DNA of 64,000 bases from Patescibacteria group bacterium (GCA_041648575.1 JBAZOT010000003.1:14895-78894), one strand, 5' to 3'; positions 1 to 8,031 are shown, numbered from the stretch's first letter. The notes: generated from the sequence alone by a model not told the origin. Program-made: numbers and translations.

Positions 1-250
1 TGAATCCACTATCAATGACTCCAGCTAAAACTGTAATACCGTGCTTAGCAGCCAAGCCTGATTTATCCCAACATAAACCAACGAAACCCTCTGGAATGGC
101 TATAGCCACGCCGGTTCTAATTCCAGAGACATACTTACCTGCCGGAGCAATATAATCCTCCAAAGCAAACAAATCCAACGCAGCATCACCCGGTAAGGCA
201 TAGCTTGGCAATTTTGCGCGCGGATCAACTTTTTTTACTTGCAGTTGCAT
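1..250 (-). CDS. dut: dUTP diphosphatase, first ~83 codons; gene runs off the window start
   Basis: Not in the ORF track. My reverse-strand translation from ATG 248-250 gives MQLQVKKVDPRAKLPSYALPGDAALDLFA...GIRTGVAIAIPEGFVGLCWDKSGLAAKHGITVLAGVIDSGF, which matches trimeric dUTPase motifs. Confidence 0.85.
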   Translation of the reverse strand, partial: MQLQVKKVDPRAKLPSYALPGDAALDLFALEDYIAPAGKYVSGIRTGVAIAIPEGFVGLCWDKSGLAAKHGITVLAGVIDSGF

Positions 251-261
251 AAATATCATAT

Positions 262-1272
262 TTACTTATTAGTAATCTTTTCTTTATTAGCCAGATTAGC
301 CAGTTTTTCTTTAGCCCTAACAATACCAGCGGGACAACGATTACCCCAACCATCTAGAAATTTACCTTCTTTTAATACACATATCACTTCACAATTATTT
401 GGACAACCACCACATTCAATACTAACAGTTTTAAATTCAATATCCTGAACATTAAAACTAAAAAGTTTTTCAGATTGTGTATCACGAGCCAACATGGCCA
501 CTCCAATCGCTCCCATTAAATGACCAATTTCATCAACAATGATTTTATGACCTGTAATATTACCGAAAGACCTTACTACTCCAACATTTTTACTAACACC
601 ACCTTGAAAAACAACTGGCGGTTCAATATTTTTTCCTTTGCCAACATTATTTAAATAATTATAAACGATGGAATTACATAACCCAGCAATAATATCCTCT
701 TTAGAATAACCCATCTGCGCTTTATGAACCAAATCCGATTCAGCAAATACAGTACAACGGCCAGCAATTTTAGTTGGCGTATTGGATCTTAAAGCGTAAG
801 TACCAAACTCCTCCACGGGGATGTTTAAACGTCTAGCCTGTGAGGCTAAAAATGAACCGGTACCAGCTGCGCACAGTGTATTCATCGCATAATCAACCAC
901 TACTCCATTATCAATAATAATAAGTTTGCTGTCTTGTCCACCAATTTCAAAAATTGTTCTGACTTCAGGATGGAACGCTAAAGTGCCAATCGCATGAGCA
1001 GTAATCTCATTCTTAATTACAGTAGCCTCTAAAATTGTACCAATCAATTCACGAGCTGAACCAGTGGTACCTACGCCAACTATTGTAAGATTATTACCAT
1101 TAATTTGCTTCTTAACCTCTTTTAGTACCAGTCGAACTGCCCCAATCGGATCACCTTCGGTCCATAGATATGATTGAGCATAAATCCTATTATTATGATC
1201 GATCACTACAGCTTTAGTAGAAATCGAACCAATATCAAACCCTAAATATACTTTAATGGGCGCTGGTAGCAT
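262..1272 (-). CDS. HgdC/BcrA/BadF-type ATPase (activase of the 2-hydroxyacyl-CoA dehydratase/benzoyl-CoA reductase family) with extra C-terminal Cys cluster
   Basis: Actin-fold motifs GFDIGSISTK and EIGGQDSK. Cys contexts NTLCAAGTGSF and GRCTVFAESD match [4Fe-4S]-bridging activators. C-terminal CGGCPNNCEVIC. Overlaps the upstream ORF by 20 nt. Confidence 0.8.
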   Translation of the reverse strand: MLPAPIKVYLGFDIGSISTKAVVIDHNNRIYAQSYLWTEGDPIGAVRLVLKEVKKQINGNNLTIVGVGTTGSARELIGTILEATVIKNEITAHAIGTLAFHPEVRTIFEIGGQDSKLIIIDNGVVVDYAMNTLCAAGTGSFLASQARRLNIPVEEFGTYALRSNTPTKIAGRCTVFAESDLVHKAQMGYSKEDIIAGLCNSIVYNYLNNVGKGKNIEPPVVFQGGVSKNVGVVRSFGNITGHKIIVDEIGHLMGAIGVAMLARDTQSEKLFSFNVQDIEFKTVSIECGGCPNNCEVICVLKEGKFLDGWGNRCPAGIVRAKEKLANLANKEKITNK

Positions 1273-2371
1273 AATTGATTTTAGTGGTATTAGAATTTAA
1301 TTTATCTCTTTTCATAATCAACATATCATAAAAAGCCTCTAAACGTGTTTTAATTCCCGTCTCTGAAGTTTGGGCGTCAAAGCTAAAATAAATAATGGGC
1401 ACTTTATAATCCTTTGATAAACGGTAAAGTGCAGACATCGCATTAACCTCGGGCATACAACCAAAAGGCTTTAAATGAATAATGCCATCAAAACCCTGTT
1501 TAATCAACTTATGGGCTAACGCTACACTTTCTGTACCATGCGCACCTATATGATATTTTAAATATGGACTGGCTAATCTTAACAATTTAGTAATATGCGT
1601 GCCAAAAGAAAAGATATCATGAAGAATACTAGAAACGCTGCAAAAACGGTAAACTTCAATTCCCTTCTTAGCTAATTCCATTTCAATATTAAAATTTGAA
1701 AAAGGTTCCATTAAAACATATAATTCACCAACAATACCAACCCTTACTGGCTTGGTTGGTTTAACTACCTCAATTTCCTTAAATAATTCTTCATACTTTT
1801 TTCTTAATTGATTGATATCTTTTTTTGTACGCACACGCCCCAACTCGGATAAAAAAATTTTAAATAGCCGTTCATATTGACCTGGGTTTTTTTCAAAACC
1901 AATATTTTTTCTGATATAATCCTCTATTTCATCAATAACCTTAACTTTAAAATATGAAAGATAATATGTTTTAAAAAAACGCCAATATGTTAACTCTGAA
2001 TTATAGCTTCTAAAAATTTTAGCCAATGAAATGGGGTTGTAAGTATTAGTTAATTTAATCAGTGTGAATTTATATCCCATATTTTTTAAAATCGCTTCCT
2101 GTACTTCGCCGTAATAACCAAAGCGGCACCCACCACCAGCTTGAATAAGTAAATTAGCGCCACGCTCTAACACCTCAATGTAATTCCCTAAATTATATTT
2201 AAAAGGGACACAAACAGCCTCGGGGCTATATTTAAAACCAAGATCAACGGTCTTCCTGGTAATTGGCGGCGGCGGCACTAATTCTCCACCCAACATTTCT
2301 GCAAATGGTTTAATAGCTACATAATAATTTCCCATTAACGGGAAACTAATTTTTCTGTGTATTTGCTTCAT
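1253..2371 (-). CDS. HgdA/B-like (HGD-D type) component of a HAD/BCR-family enzyme
   Basis: Cys motifs EAVCVPFKYNLG, AGGGCRFGYYG and LKPFGCMPE resemble the C-terminal half of large CoA-substrate-specific enzyme activase proteins. Family assigned from memory. Confidence 0.55.
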   Translation of the reverse strand: MKQIHRKISFPLMGNYYVAIKPFAEMLGGELVPPPPITRKTVDLGFKYSPEAVCVPFKYNLGNYIEVLERGANLLIQAGGGCRFGYYGEVQEAILKNMGYKFTLIKLTNTYNPISLAKIFRSYNSELTYWRFFKTYYLSYFKVKVIDEIEDYIRKNIGFEKNPGQYERLFKIFLSELGRVRTKKDINQLRKKYEELFKEIEVVKPTKPVRVGIVGELYVLMEPFSNFNIEMELAKKGIEVYRFCSVSSILHDIFSFGTHITKLLRLASPYLKYHIGAHGTESVALAHKLIKQGFDGIIHLKPFGCMPEVNAMSALYRLSKDYKVPIIYFSFDAQTSETGIKTRLEAFYDMLIMKRDKLNSNTTKINYATSAH

Positions 2372-3302
2372 ATTTCAATTTACTTGCCTTTATTTTTAAA
2401 ATATCAACAAAACTCTCCAAGCGTGTTTTTAATCCAGCTTCTGACTGCAGCTCATCTAAAGTTATTACCACAATCGGAATATCTTTTATTTTATTCTGAC
2501 AAAGATTAATAACTAAAGAATCGGGTCCGCAGGGAAAAGTCATTAAAAATATAATGCCATCAAGATGCGGACGGTAAAGTTCAATAGCACCTAAAAAGTA
2601 TTTATGATAAGTCCAATATAAATCACGAGATAAATTAGTTGCCAATTGACGCGCCTGATCTTCATCAACAATGTTAGAATAAACTAAATCAACACCTTGT
2701 GATTCTAAAAACTTAACAATTGGTACACCCAAAAACGCATCATGTGTAGTGTAGGGGTGTGAAACAATTAATACCAGTGGATTGCTATTATCCCTGTCTT
2801 TAAATTTATTTACCTGATCGTTTACTAATTTTTGGTGATGTTGCTTATATTTTTTCTTTGCCTGAATATAAGCCAAGGCACGAGTAAAGGGATTACTATT
2901 TAATTGTTTTGCCATTAAAAATAAACCTATGCTCTCCCCTTTAAACTTCCCAGCATCTATTGTATAAGTTAAAATATTGATTTTATCAAAGCTATTACGG
3001 ACAATATCAACTAAGGCCATAAACTTAGTACACAAAAATTCACCATGCCGTAACGAAACAATGCGTGGTATAAAAATATAATCAACCTTATCCTTTAAAT
3101 AATCTACATGGCCTAAAAAAATTTTTACTGACAAACAACTTTCATCAACTGCTATATTAATACCCCGAGCCATTATTTCCTTATTAGTCGGCGGACTAAC
3201 AACCAACTGGCAACCTAATCTACTAAAATACTCATGCCAAAAAACAGAATATTTATGATAAAGCAAGGCACGCGGCAAACCAATTTTCTTCATAACGAAC
3301 AT
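2346..3302 (-). CDS. DUF2229-like component of a HAD/BCR-family enzyme
   Basis: IGLPRALLYHKYSVFWHEYFSRLGCQLVVSPPTNKEI, AVDESCLSVK and MTFPCGPD resemble the DUF2229 region of fused activase proteins. The likely true start is MKKIG (ATG 3291-3293). Confidence 0.6.
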   Translation of the reverse strand: MFVMKKIGLPRALLYHKYSVFWHEYFSRLGCQLVVSPPTNKEIMARGINIAVDESCLSVKIFLGHVDYLKDKVDYIFIPRIVSLRHGEFLCTKFMALVDIVRNSFDKINILTYTIDAGKFKGESIGLFLMAKQLNSNPFTRALAYIQAKKKYKQHHQKLVNDQVNKFKDRDNSNPLVLIVSHPYTTHDAFLGVPIVKFLESQGVDLVYSNIVDEDQARQLATNLSRDLYWTYHKYFLGAIELYRPHLDGIIFLMTFPCGPDSLVINLCQNKIKDIPIVVITLDELQSEAGLKTRLESFVDILKIKASKLKYEANTQKN

Positions 3303-3305
3303 GAT

Positions 3306-3878
3306 TTATTTAATATATCTACTAATAATCTTATTCTCAATTTGCTTATATAATTCTCCCAATGTATTTTCATTTATCAACTTAATACTAGCTTTCTTTC
3401 CCAAACGCTTAATATAAACCTCGGTTGGTAAATTTTCTTCGCGTTTAAATTGTTCAATGTTAAAATGCGCTTCGCCAACTTTTTCACTCCTGGCTTTAGC
3501 CCGCTTAAAACGTGTCGCTAAACTCGCAGTAACATAAACTAGTAAAAATCCAGGTATTTTGCTTAAAATCTCATATTCTCCAAGATGTCGTAAACCATCA
3601 ATCACAAATTTATTACCAGTTGTTCCTTCTAACCTAAATTTTAACACCTCGGCCAGTATTCCACCGCCAAATCGCTCACGTAATCCTCCCATCAAATTCA
3701 TCTCATTAACTCTGGTAATGGGTAAATGAAGCCTGTTTAAAATATCTACCACAATTTTAGAAAAACGAAAACTCTTAAACCGGTATCGTTTAACCAAATA
3801 TTTGCTAACCATTTCTTTACCGGAAAGTTTTTCTCCTACCAAAACTGATATTATTTTCTTGGTCTTAATTGTTTTCAT
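3306..3878 (-). CDS. small P-loop nucleotide-kinase-like protein with atypical Walker A
   Basis: GEKLSGKE replaces GxxxxGK[ST]. VIDGLRHLGE and LVYVTASLATRFKRAKAR resemble UPF0200/dephospho-CoA-kinase-like small kinases. Lies 3 nt from the next gene. Confidence 0.4.
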   Translation of the reverse strand: MKTIKTKKIISVLVGEKLSGKEMVSKYLVKRYRFKSFRFSKIVVDILNRLHLPITRVNEMNLMGGLRERFGGGILAEVLKFRLEGTTGNKFVIDGLRHLGEYEILSKIPGFLLVYVTASLATRFKRAKARSEKVGEAHFNIEQFKREENLPTEVYIKRLGKKASIKLINENTLGELYKQIENKIISRYIK

Positions 3879-3897
3879 AAAATAAACCTAGATTACT

Positions 3898-4464
3898 CTA
3901 GGTTTTAAAATTCTCATAAATTTTACTAGCCTGTGGAACATCGGCACCATAATACTTGGAACGAAGCTCCTTGCTTCCATAAGGCCGTTCGCAAGGAGAA
4001 GACAGTGGCATAAAAGCAATCTGCGCTATAGCCATTTTGTAATATAGCTTTACTGGCAAGTTACCAATATTATGTAGTTCTAAAGTCGGCTTTAATGAAT
4101 TTCCTGGATCAATAAAACCGGCCGTAGCATGAATGATAATTCCAATCCTGCCCAAAGAAGATTTTCCTTCTAAACGCCCTACCATATCATTAGACAAAGT
4201 TATTCTTTCTATAGTAACACCAAGAGCAAATTCGCCTGGGTGTAGAACAAACGGTTGATCTTCTTTAATTTCTACTTTATCCATTAAATCTGGTGTCTTC
4301 TCTCTAACATCAATGCAAACATGACCGGTGTTTTTAAATATCAAAAATTGATTATCCAAATGCAAATCAACAGATGCCGGTTGAATAGATTCATCAAACA
4401 ATGGCTCAATTTTTATTCTACCTTCAGCTAATATTTTTTTAATATCTTTGTCTGATAAAATCAT
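3898..4464 (-). CDS. dcd: dCTP deaminase
   Basis: MILSDKDIKKIL, ASVDLHL, GRLEGKSSLGRIG and HATAGFIDPG are motifs of the dCTP deaminase family. Confidence 0.9.
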   Translation of the reverse strand: MILSDKDIKKILAEGRIKIEPLFDESIQPASVDLHLDNQFLIFKNTGHVCIDVREKTPDLMDKVEIKEDQPFVLHPGEFALGVTIERITLSNDMVGRLEGKSSLGRIGIIIHATAGFIDPGNSLKPTLELHNIGNLPVKLYYKMAIAQIAFMPLSSPCERPYGSKELRSKYYGADVPQASKIYENFKT

Positions 4465-4537
4465 ATAATTGGATAAATAATTTTCAATCTACGGCTCATA
4501 ATTTTTTACACTAACCACTGTATTAGTGATCTTTAAA

Positions 4538-5221
4538 CTAAATTACCAAGGGAATGGCTGGCCCCATAGAACAAGTCAATACAGCATTTTTAAGATAAGT
4601 ACCCTTAACGCCTGTAGGTTTAGCCTTGCGTATCGCCTGCAACAGATTTTCAGCGTTTTCCTGTAATTTTATTGCGTCAAATGACATTTTACCAATCATC
4701 TGATGCACATTACCAGATTCATCCACTTTAAAACTAATTTTACCAGAATTAAGTGCTTGCACAACTTTTCCCACATCTGGAGTAATAGTCTCGGTTTTAG
4801 GATTAGGCATTAAACCTTTTTGCCCCAGAATTTTAGCAATCGGTGCCATTTTCTTCATCATACCTGGTGTAGCAACCGCAACATCAAAATCACATTTCCC
4901 AGTGGTGGCTATTATTTTTATTAACTCGTCTCCACCCACAATCGTCGCTCCAGCTGCCTTAGCTTCTTTTTCATTAGCTTCTTCACAAAAAACCGCCACT
5001 TTTTTTAACTTACCTAAACCGTGTGGCAAAGTTGTGAAACCACGCACTTGTTGATTAGCTTGTTTAGTGTCAACTCCCAGTTTGAAATGAATTTCCACCG
5101 ATTGATCAAACTTAGTGGCTGGCATTTGTTTTAAAAGCTCTACTGCTTCTTTAATATTATAACGCTTGCCCGGCTCAATTTTAGAACGGGCAGCTGTATA
5201 TCGTTTACCTGATTTTGACAT
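4538..5221 (-). CDS. rplA: 50S ribosomal protein L1
   Basis: 227 aa with typical L1 sequence (KFDQSVEIHFKLGVD, GATIVGGDELI). Lies downstream of rplK. Confidence 0.95.
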   Translation of the reverse strand: MSKSGKRYTAARSKIEPGKRYNIKEAVELLKQMPATKFDQSVEIHFKLGVDTKQANQQVRGFTTLPHGLGKLKKVAVFCEEANEKEAKAAGATIVGGDELIKIIATTGKCDFDVAVATPGMMKKMAPIAKILGQKGLMPNPKTETITPDVGKVVQALNSGKISFKVDESGNVHQMIGKMSFDAIKLQENAENLLQAIRKAKPTGVKGTYLKNAVLTCSMGPAIPLVI

Positions 5222-5323
5222 AAATTTTTCCTTTCTTTACTCTCTCGTCCTGCCTATTGGCAGATACAAGATTAGTGGTTCAAACTCCCGATATTAATCA
5301 GGATCCCACCCATATTAATTAAA

Positions 5324-5752
5324 TTATCCTTCTACTGTTAAACCCATTTGCCTGGCAGTACCTTCAATAATTTTCATTGCGGCATTGATATCGTTGGCAT
5401 TTAAATCCGACATCTTTATCTTAGCAATTTCTTCAATTTGTTTCTTAGTAACTTTACCTACTTTCTCTTGCAAAGGCTTACCCGAACCCTTGGTAATACC
5501 AGCGGCTTTTTTAAGCAGCTCGGCTGCCGGCGGAGTTTTTAAAATAAAAGTATAACTGCGATCCTCAAAGACAGTTATTTCACAAGGAATAATATCATTA
5601 CCCTTGTCTTTGGTGGCGGCATTAAATTTAGTGCAGAATTCCTGCAAATTTAATCCATGTTGCCCCAAAGCTGGCCCCACCGGCGGCGCTGGAGTGGCTT
5701 TACCTGCTGATATTTGAAGTTTGATAACTGTTTTTACTTTTTTACCTGCCAT
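5324..5752 (-). CDS. rplK: 50S ribosomal protein L11
   Basis: 142 aa with the [15 protein letters not shown] motif. Sits in the canonical nusG-rplK-rplA order. Confidence 0.95.
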   Translation of the reverse strand: MAGKKVKTVIKLQISAGKATPAPPVGPALGQHGLNLQEFCTKFNAATKDKGNDIIPCEITVFEDRSYTFILKTPPAAELLKKAAGITKGSGKPLQEKVGKVTKKQIEEIAKIKMSDLNANDINAAMKIIEGTARQMGLTVEG

Positions 5753-5786
5753 ACAAAAATATAAAATTTAAAAATAAAATGCAAAA

Positions 5787-6332
5787 TTAGATCTTTTGAA
5801 TTTGTAAAAAATCCAACTCTACTGGCGTTTCCCGTCCAAACATTGAAACCAATACTTTTACTTTACCCCGACCTTCGTCTACCTCGGATACCTTACCGTC
5901 AAAATCCTTAAAAGGCCCATCACTAATTTTTACTGCCATACCAACAGTCACATCCATTTTATAAGTTGGCTCTTCAATGCCCATTCTTTTTTGCAACGCC
6001 TTCATTTCTTCTTCTGAAACTGGAGTTGGAGTGGTGCCGCTACCAATAAATCCAGTAACATTTGGGGTATTACGCACCACATACCATGAATCATCAGTCA
6101 CCATCATTTCCACTAATACGTATCCTGGAAAAATTTTCTCTTCAACCACTTTACGCTTGCCATTTTTAATGCGAATCTTTTTTTCAGTGGGAATTAAAAT
6201 ATTAAAAATCTTATCACCCATATCCATTGATTCAATACGCTGCTTTAAATTGCGGGTAACATTTTCCTCATAACCAGAATAGGTATGTAGGGCATACCAA
6301 CGTCTACCTTGTTGTATTATCTGTCGCGGCAT
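5787..6332 (-). CDS. nusG: transcription termination/antitermination factor NusG
   Basis: RWYALHTYSGYEENV (NGN domain) and a C-terminal KOW domain. I prefer ATG 6330-6332 (MPRQ) over the TTG at 6344 in the ORF track, because that TTG lies inside the repeat element. Confidence 0.9.
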   Translation of the reverse strand: MPRQIIQQGRRWYALHTYSGYEENVTRNLKQRIESMDMGDKIFNILIPTEKKIRIKNGKRKVVEEKIFPGYVLVEMMVTDDSWYVVRNTPNVTGFIGSGTTPTPVSEEEMKALQKRMGIEEPTYKMDVTVGMAVKISDGPFKDFDGKVSEVDEGRGKVKVLVSMFGRETPVELDFLQIQKI

Positions 6333-6333
6333 A

Positions 6334-6481
6334 TCCAGTAACAATAACTTGACCTGCTAAAAATTAAGCGAGTCAAAAGTTTATTTAATAGTTAGATCGG
6401 TCTTGTTTAAAAAAGATAACATAGATTAATAGTATAGATAATTTCTATCAGCACGAGCTTAAGTCAAGTTTTGTTACTGGA
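6334..6481 (-). mobile_element. MITE-like element copy 1 (148 bp) with about 20-bp terminal inverted repeats and CATA flanking duplication
   Basis: The ends are TCCAGTAACAATAACTTGAC ... GTCAAGTTTTGTTACTGGA. CATA occurs at 6330-6333 and 6482-6485. A second copy lies at 51634-51774. Confidence 0.75.
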
Positions 6482-6487
6482 CATAAT

Positions 6488-6676
6488 TTATTTATATAAT
6501 AATTGCTGCAACCCTATATTAAAAATATAATCTAAGGCGCCTAAAAAAATAGCTACCCCCAAAGAAATACCAATCACCAACAAAGTATGTTGGGTAGTTT
6601 CTTTTTTGGTAGGCCAAACAACCCTTTTAAGTTCTTCAATTGATTGTTTAAAATAATTGGTTAATTTATTAGGCAT
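6488..6676 (-). CDS. secE: preprotein translocase subunit SecE
   Basis: 62 aa with VVWPTKKET followed by a single TM helix. Lies upstream of nusG. Confidence 0.8.
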   Translation of the reverse strand: MPNKLTNYFKQSIEELKRVVWPTKKETTQHTLLVIGISLGVAIFLGALDYIFNIGLQQLLYK

Positions 6677-6725
6677 AACGATCTTAAAATCAATTATTCA
6701 TTAAAATAAAACCCAGTTTTTAAAG

Positions 6726-6752
6726 TCTTTTAAAAGGCCCCTTGCTGGGCCT
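6726..6752 (-). terminator. hairpin plus U-tract (terminator or attenuator) upstream of secE
   Basis: The minus strand reads GGCCCAGCAAGGGGCC followed by UUUUAAAAG (stem 6736-6740 with 6747-6751). Confidence 0.4.
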
Positions 6753-6846
6753 CTATTAAAAAGAATAGCACGAAGTTAAAATGCTGGCAAGTGCCTAAAA
6801 CACTATTGAAAATTAATAAAAAGCCCTAAATACCGTAGTAGTTGGG

Positions 6847-7039
6847 AGATAGTGGTGAAGATTATTAAGAATTAATGTTTTGTAGAGAAGATGTGCAGAT
6901 GCACAAGGGGCGAGTTTTTTAGTAGGAGTTTGGGGATACAATTTAAACCTCTAAGTTATAAAGATTTAAATTGTATCCCTGTCACCACGCTACCAACCTG
7001 CCTGTTTTTCCTCTTGTTAATCCTTCTCCACCACCATCT
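6847..7039 (-). ncRNA. candidate 193-nt rod-shaped RNA (6S-like architecture), or a structured leader of the secE operon
   Basis: It starts at the predicted TSS of a consensus promoter. There is a 15-bp closing stem (7039-7025 with 6847-6861, including 2 G.U pairs that form only on the minus-strand RNA), a loosely paired centre, and a perfect 15-bp apical stem (6933-6947 with 6965-6979). No ORF. Confidence 0.45.
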
Positions 7040-7045
7040 ATCTTA

Positions 7046-7074
7046 ATTTTACTCCTAAATTAACAATTTGTCAA
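7046..7074 (-). promoter_or_regulatory. sigma70-type promoter TTGACA-17-TAAAAT
   Basis: Reverse complement: TTGACA (7074-7069), the 17-nt spacer AATTGTTAATTTAGGAG, then TAAAAT (7051-7046). Predicted start is A at 7039. Confidence 0.6.
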
Positions 7075-7105
7075 ATCAACCAAATTTGGATTGCGTATAA
7101 CGTAT

Positions 7106-7170
7106 GCGGATATGAGAAGTTGCGAAGCAATTTGGGATGAGACTCTGCAAGAGCCGAGACTCATATCCGC
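7106..7170. repeat. 65-bp GC-rich palindromic element
   Basis: Perfect 11-bp arms GCGGATATGAG / CTCATATCCGC with inner mini-hairpins TTGC-GAA-GCAA and CTCT-GCA-AGAG. It shares GCGGAT and CGAAGCAAT with the pheT insert. Confidence 0.6.
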
Positions 7171-7171
7171 T

Positions 7172-7237
7172 GTTAGGCGAGGGTGAGCGACCAACGGGAG
7201 CGAAAGTGCAACGCCCCCTTGAGTTCAAACCTGAGCC
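7172..7237. repeat. left terminal inverted repeat of the SDR cassette, interrupted by a 41-bp GC-rich insert (7181-7221)
   Basis: GTTAGGCGA[41 nt]AGTTCAAACCTGAGCC matches the reverse complement of 8032-8056 (GTTAGGCGAAATTCAAACCTGAGCC) at 24/25 once the insert is removed. Confidence 0.65.
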
Positions 7238-7247
7238 GTCCCTCAAT

Positions 7248-7982
7248 TTAGTTTTTAACATTCTTTTGCTTGATTACAATAATTTGTCCAGTAATATGAT
7301 CTGCCTCTTTTGAAGCTAAAAACAAAGTCAAGCTTGCGACATCTTCGGATTGAAGTGCGTTATCTGGTGTAGCATCATCTGGGAAAAATTTTTTGTACGC
7401 TTCAGTTGCTACATCAGAAGGCGAAATGCAATTAACTTGAATTTGATGATTTCTAAGTTCGTGAGAAAGTCCAACCGTTAAATCTTCAATCGCTTTTTTG
7501 GACACGAAATAAGGAAGCCAACCTTTTGCGCCACTCTCGAAAGTTCCTGAAATGTTGATGATTTTACTACCTTGTTTCATTAAGGAAACGAGTTCGTGTG
7601 ATAAAATGGTTGGCGCAGTTAAACCCACTGCGTAAGTATCCAAAATTTCATCGGTTGAATAATCAGCAAATTCAATCCCTGAAAACGCTTTGTCTTTAGA
7701 GTGCCAAATACCAGCAACATTGACGAGAATATCTATTTCGCCTTCTGACTCCTTGATATTTTGAGCAAACTTTTTTATCTCATCAACACTTCTTAAGTCA
7801 ACACAAAAAATTTTTCCTTCGCTACCTGCTTCTTTAACAAGCTCAAGTGTTTTTTCTAAACCATCTTTGGAGCGAGCCAAAAGCATAGTTTTCGCACCTT
7901 CCGAAGCGAGCTTGACGGATATAGCACGACCAATGCCAATACTTGCACCTGTGATGACGGCAATTTTGTTTTTTAGCTTCAT
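7248..7982 (-). CDS. short-chain dehydrogenase/reductase (SDR) family oxidoreductase
   Basis: Contains TGASIGIGRA (TGxxxGxG), NVAG and the catalytic YFVSK (YxxxK). 244 aa. Confidence 0.85.
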   Translation of the reverse strand: MKLKNKIAVITGASIGIGRAISVKLASEGAKTMLLARSKDGLEKTLELVKEAGSEGKIFCVDLRSVDEIKKFAQNIKESEGEIDILVNVAGIWHSKDKAFSGIEFADYSTDEILDTYAVGLTAPTILSHELVSLMKQGSKIINISGTFESGAKGWLPYFVSKKAIEDLTVGLSHELRNHQIQVNCISPSDVATEAYKKFFPDDATPDNALQSEDVASLTLFLASKEADHITGQIIVIKQKNVKN

Positions 7983-7988
7983 AAAATT

Positions 7989-8017
7989 ATTGTAATCATT
8001 AAGGATTTATAAAACAA
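7989..8017 (-). promoter_or_regulatory. promoter TTGTTT-17-TACAAT, with the -10 box 6 nt from the SDR ATG (leaderless)
   Basis: Reverse complement reads TTGTTT TATAAATCCTTAATGAT TACAAT AATTTT ATG. Confidence 0.5.
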
Positions 8018-8031
8018 TCGATAGCTTGATA

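Noticed and set aside
5222-5323. rplK-rplA spacer as an L1-binding autoregulatory mimic of 23S rRNA.
   Set aside because: It contains a hairpin (CTGCC-AATA-GGCAG), but I could not align it convincingly to the L1 binding-site consensus from memory. This needs a covariance-model search.
6677-6846. Expected rpmG (L33) gene or tRNA-Trp upstream of secE.
   Set aside because: I translated the minus strand by hand and inspected it for cloverleaf/T-loop signatures. No L33-like ORF and no tRNA-like sequence is present.
7076-7261. 61-aa ORF downstream of the SDR gene.
   Set aside because: It reads straight through GC-rich palindromes and the cassette inverted repeat. It has no RBS, and its Arg/Ser/Pro-rich sequence is typical of translated repeats.
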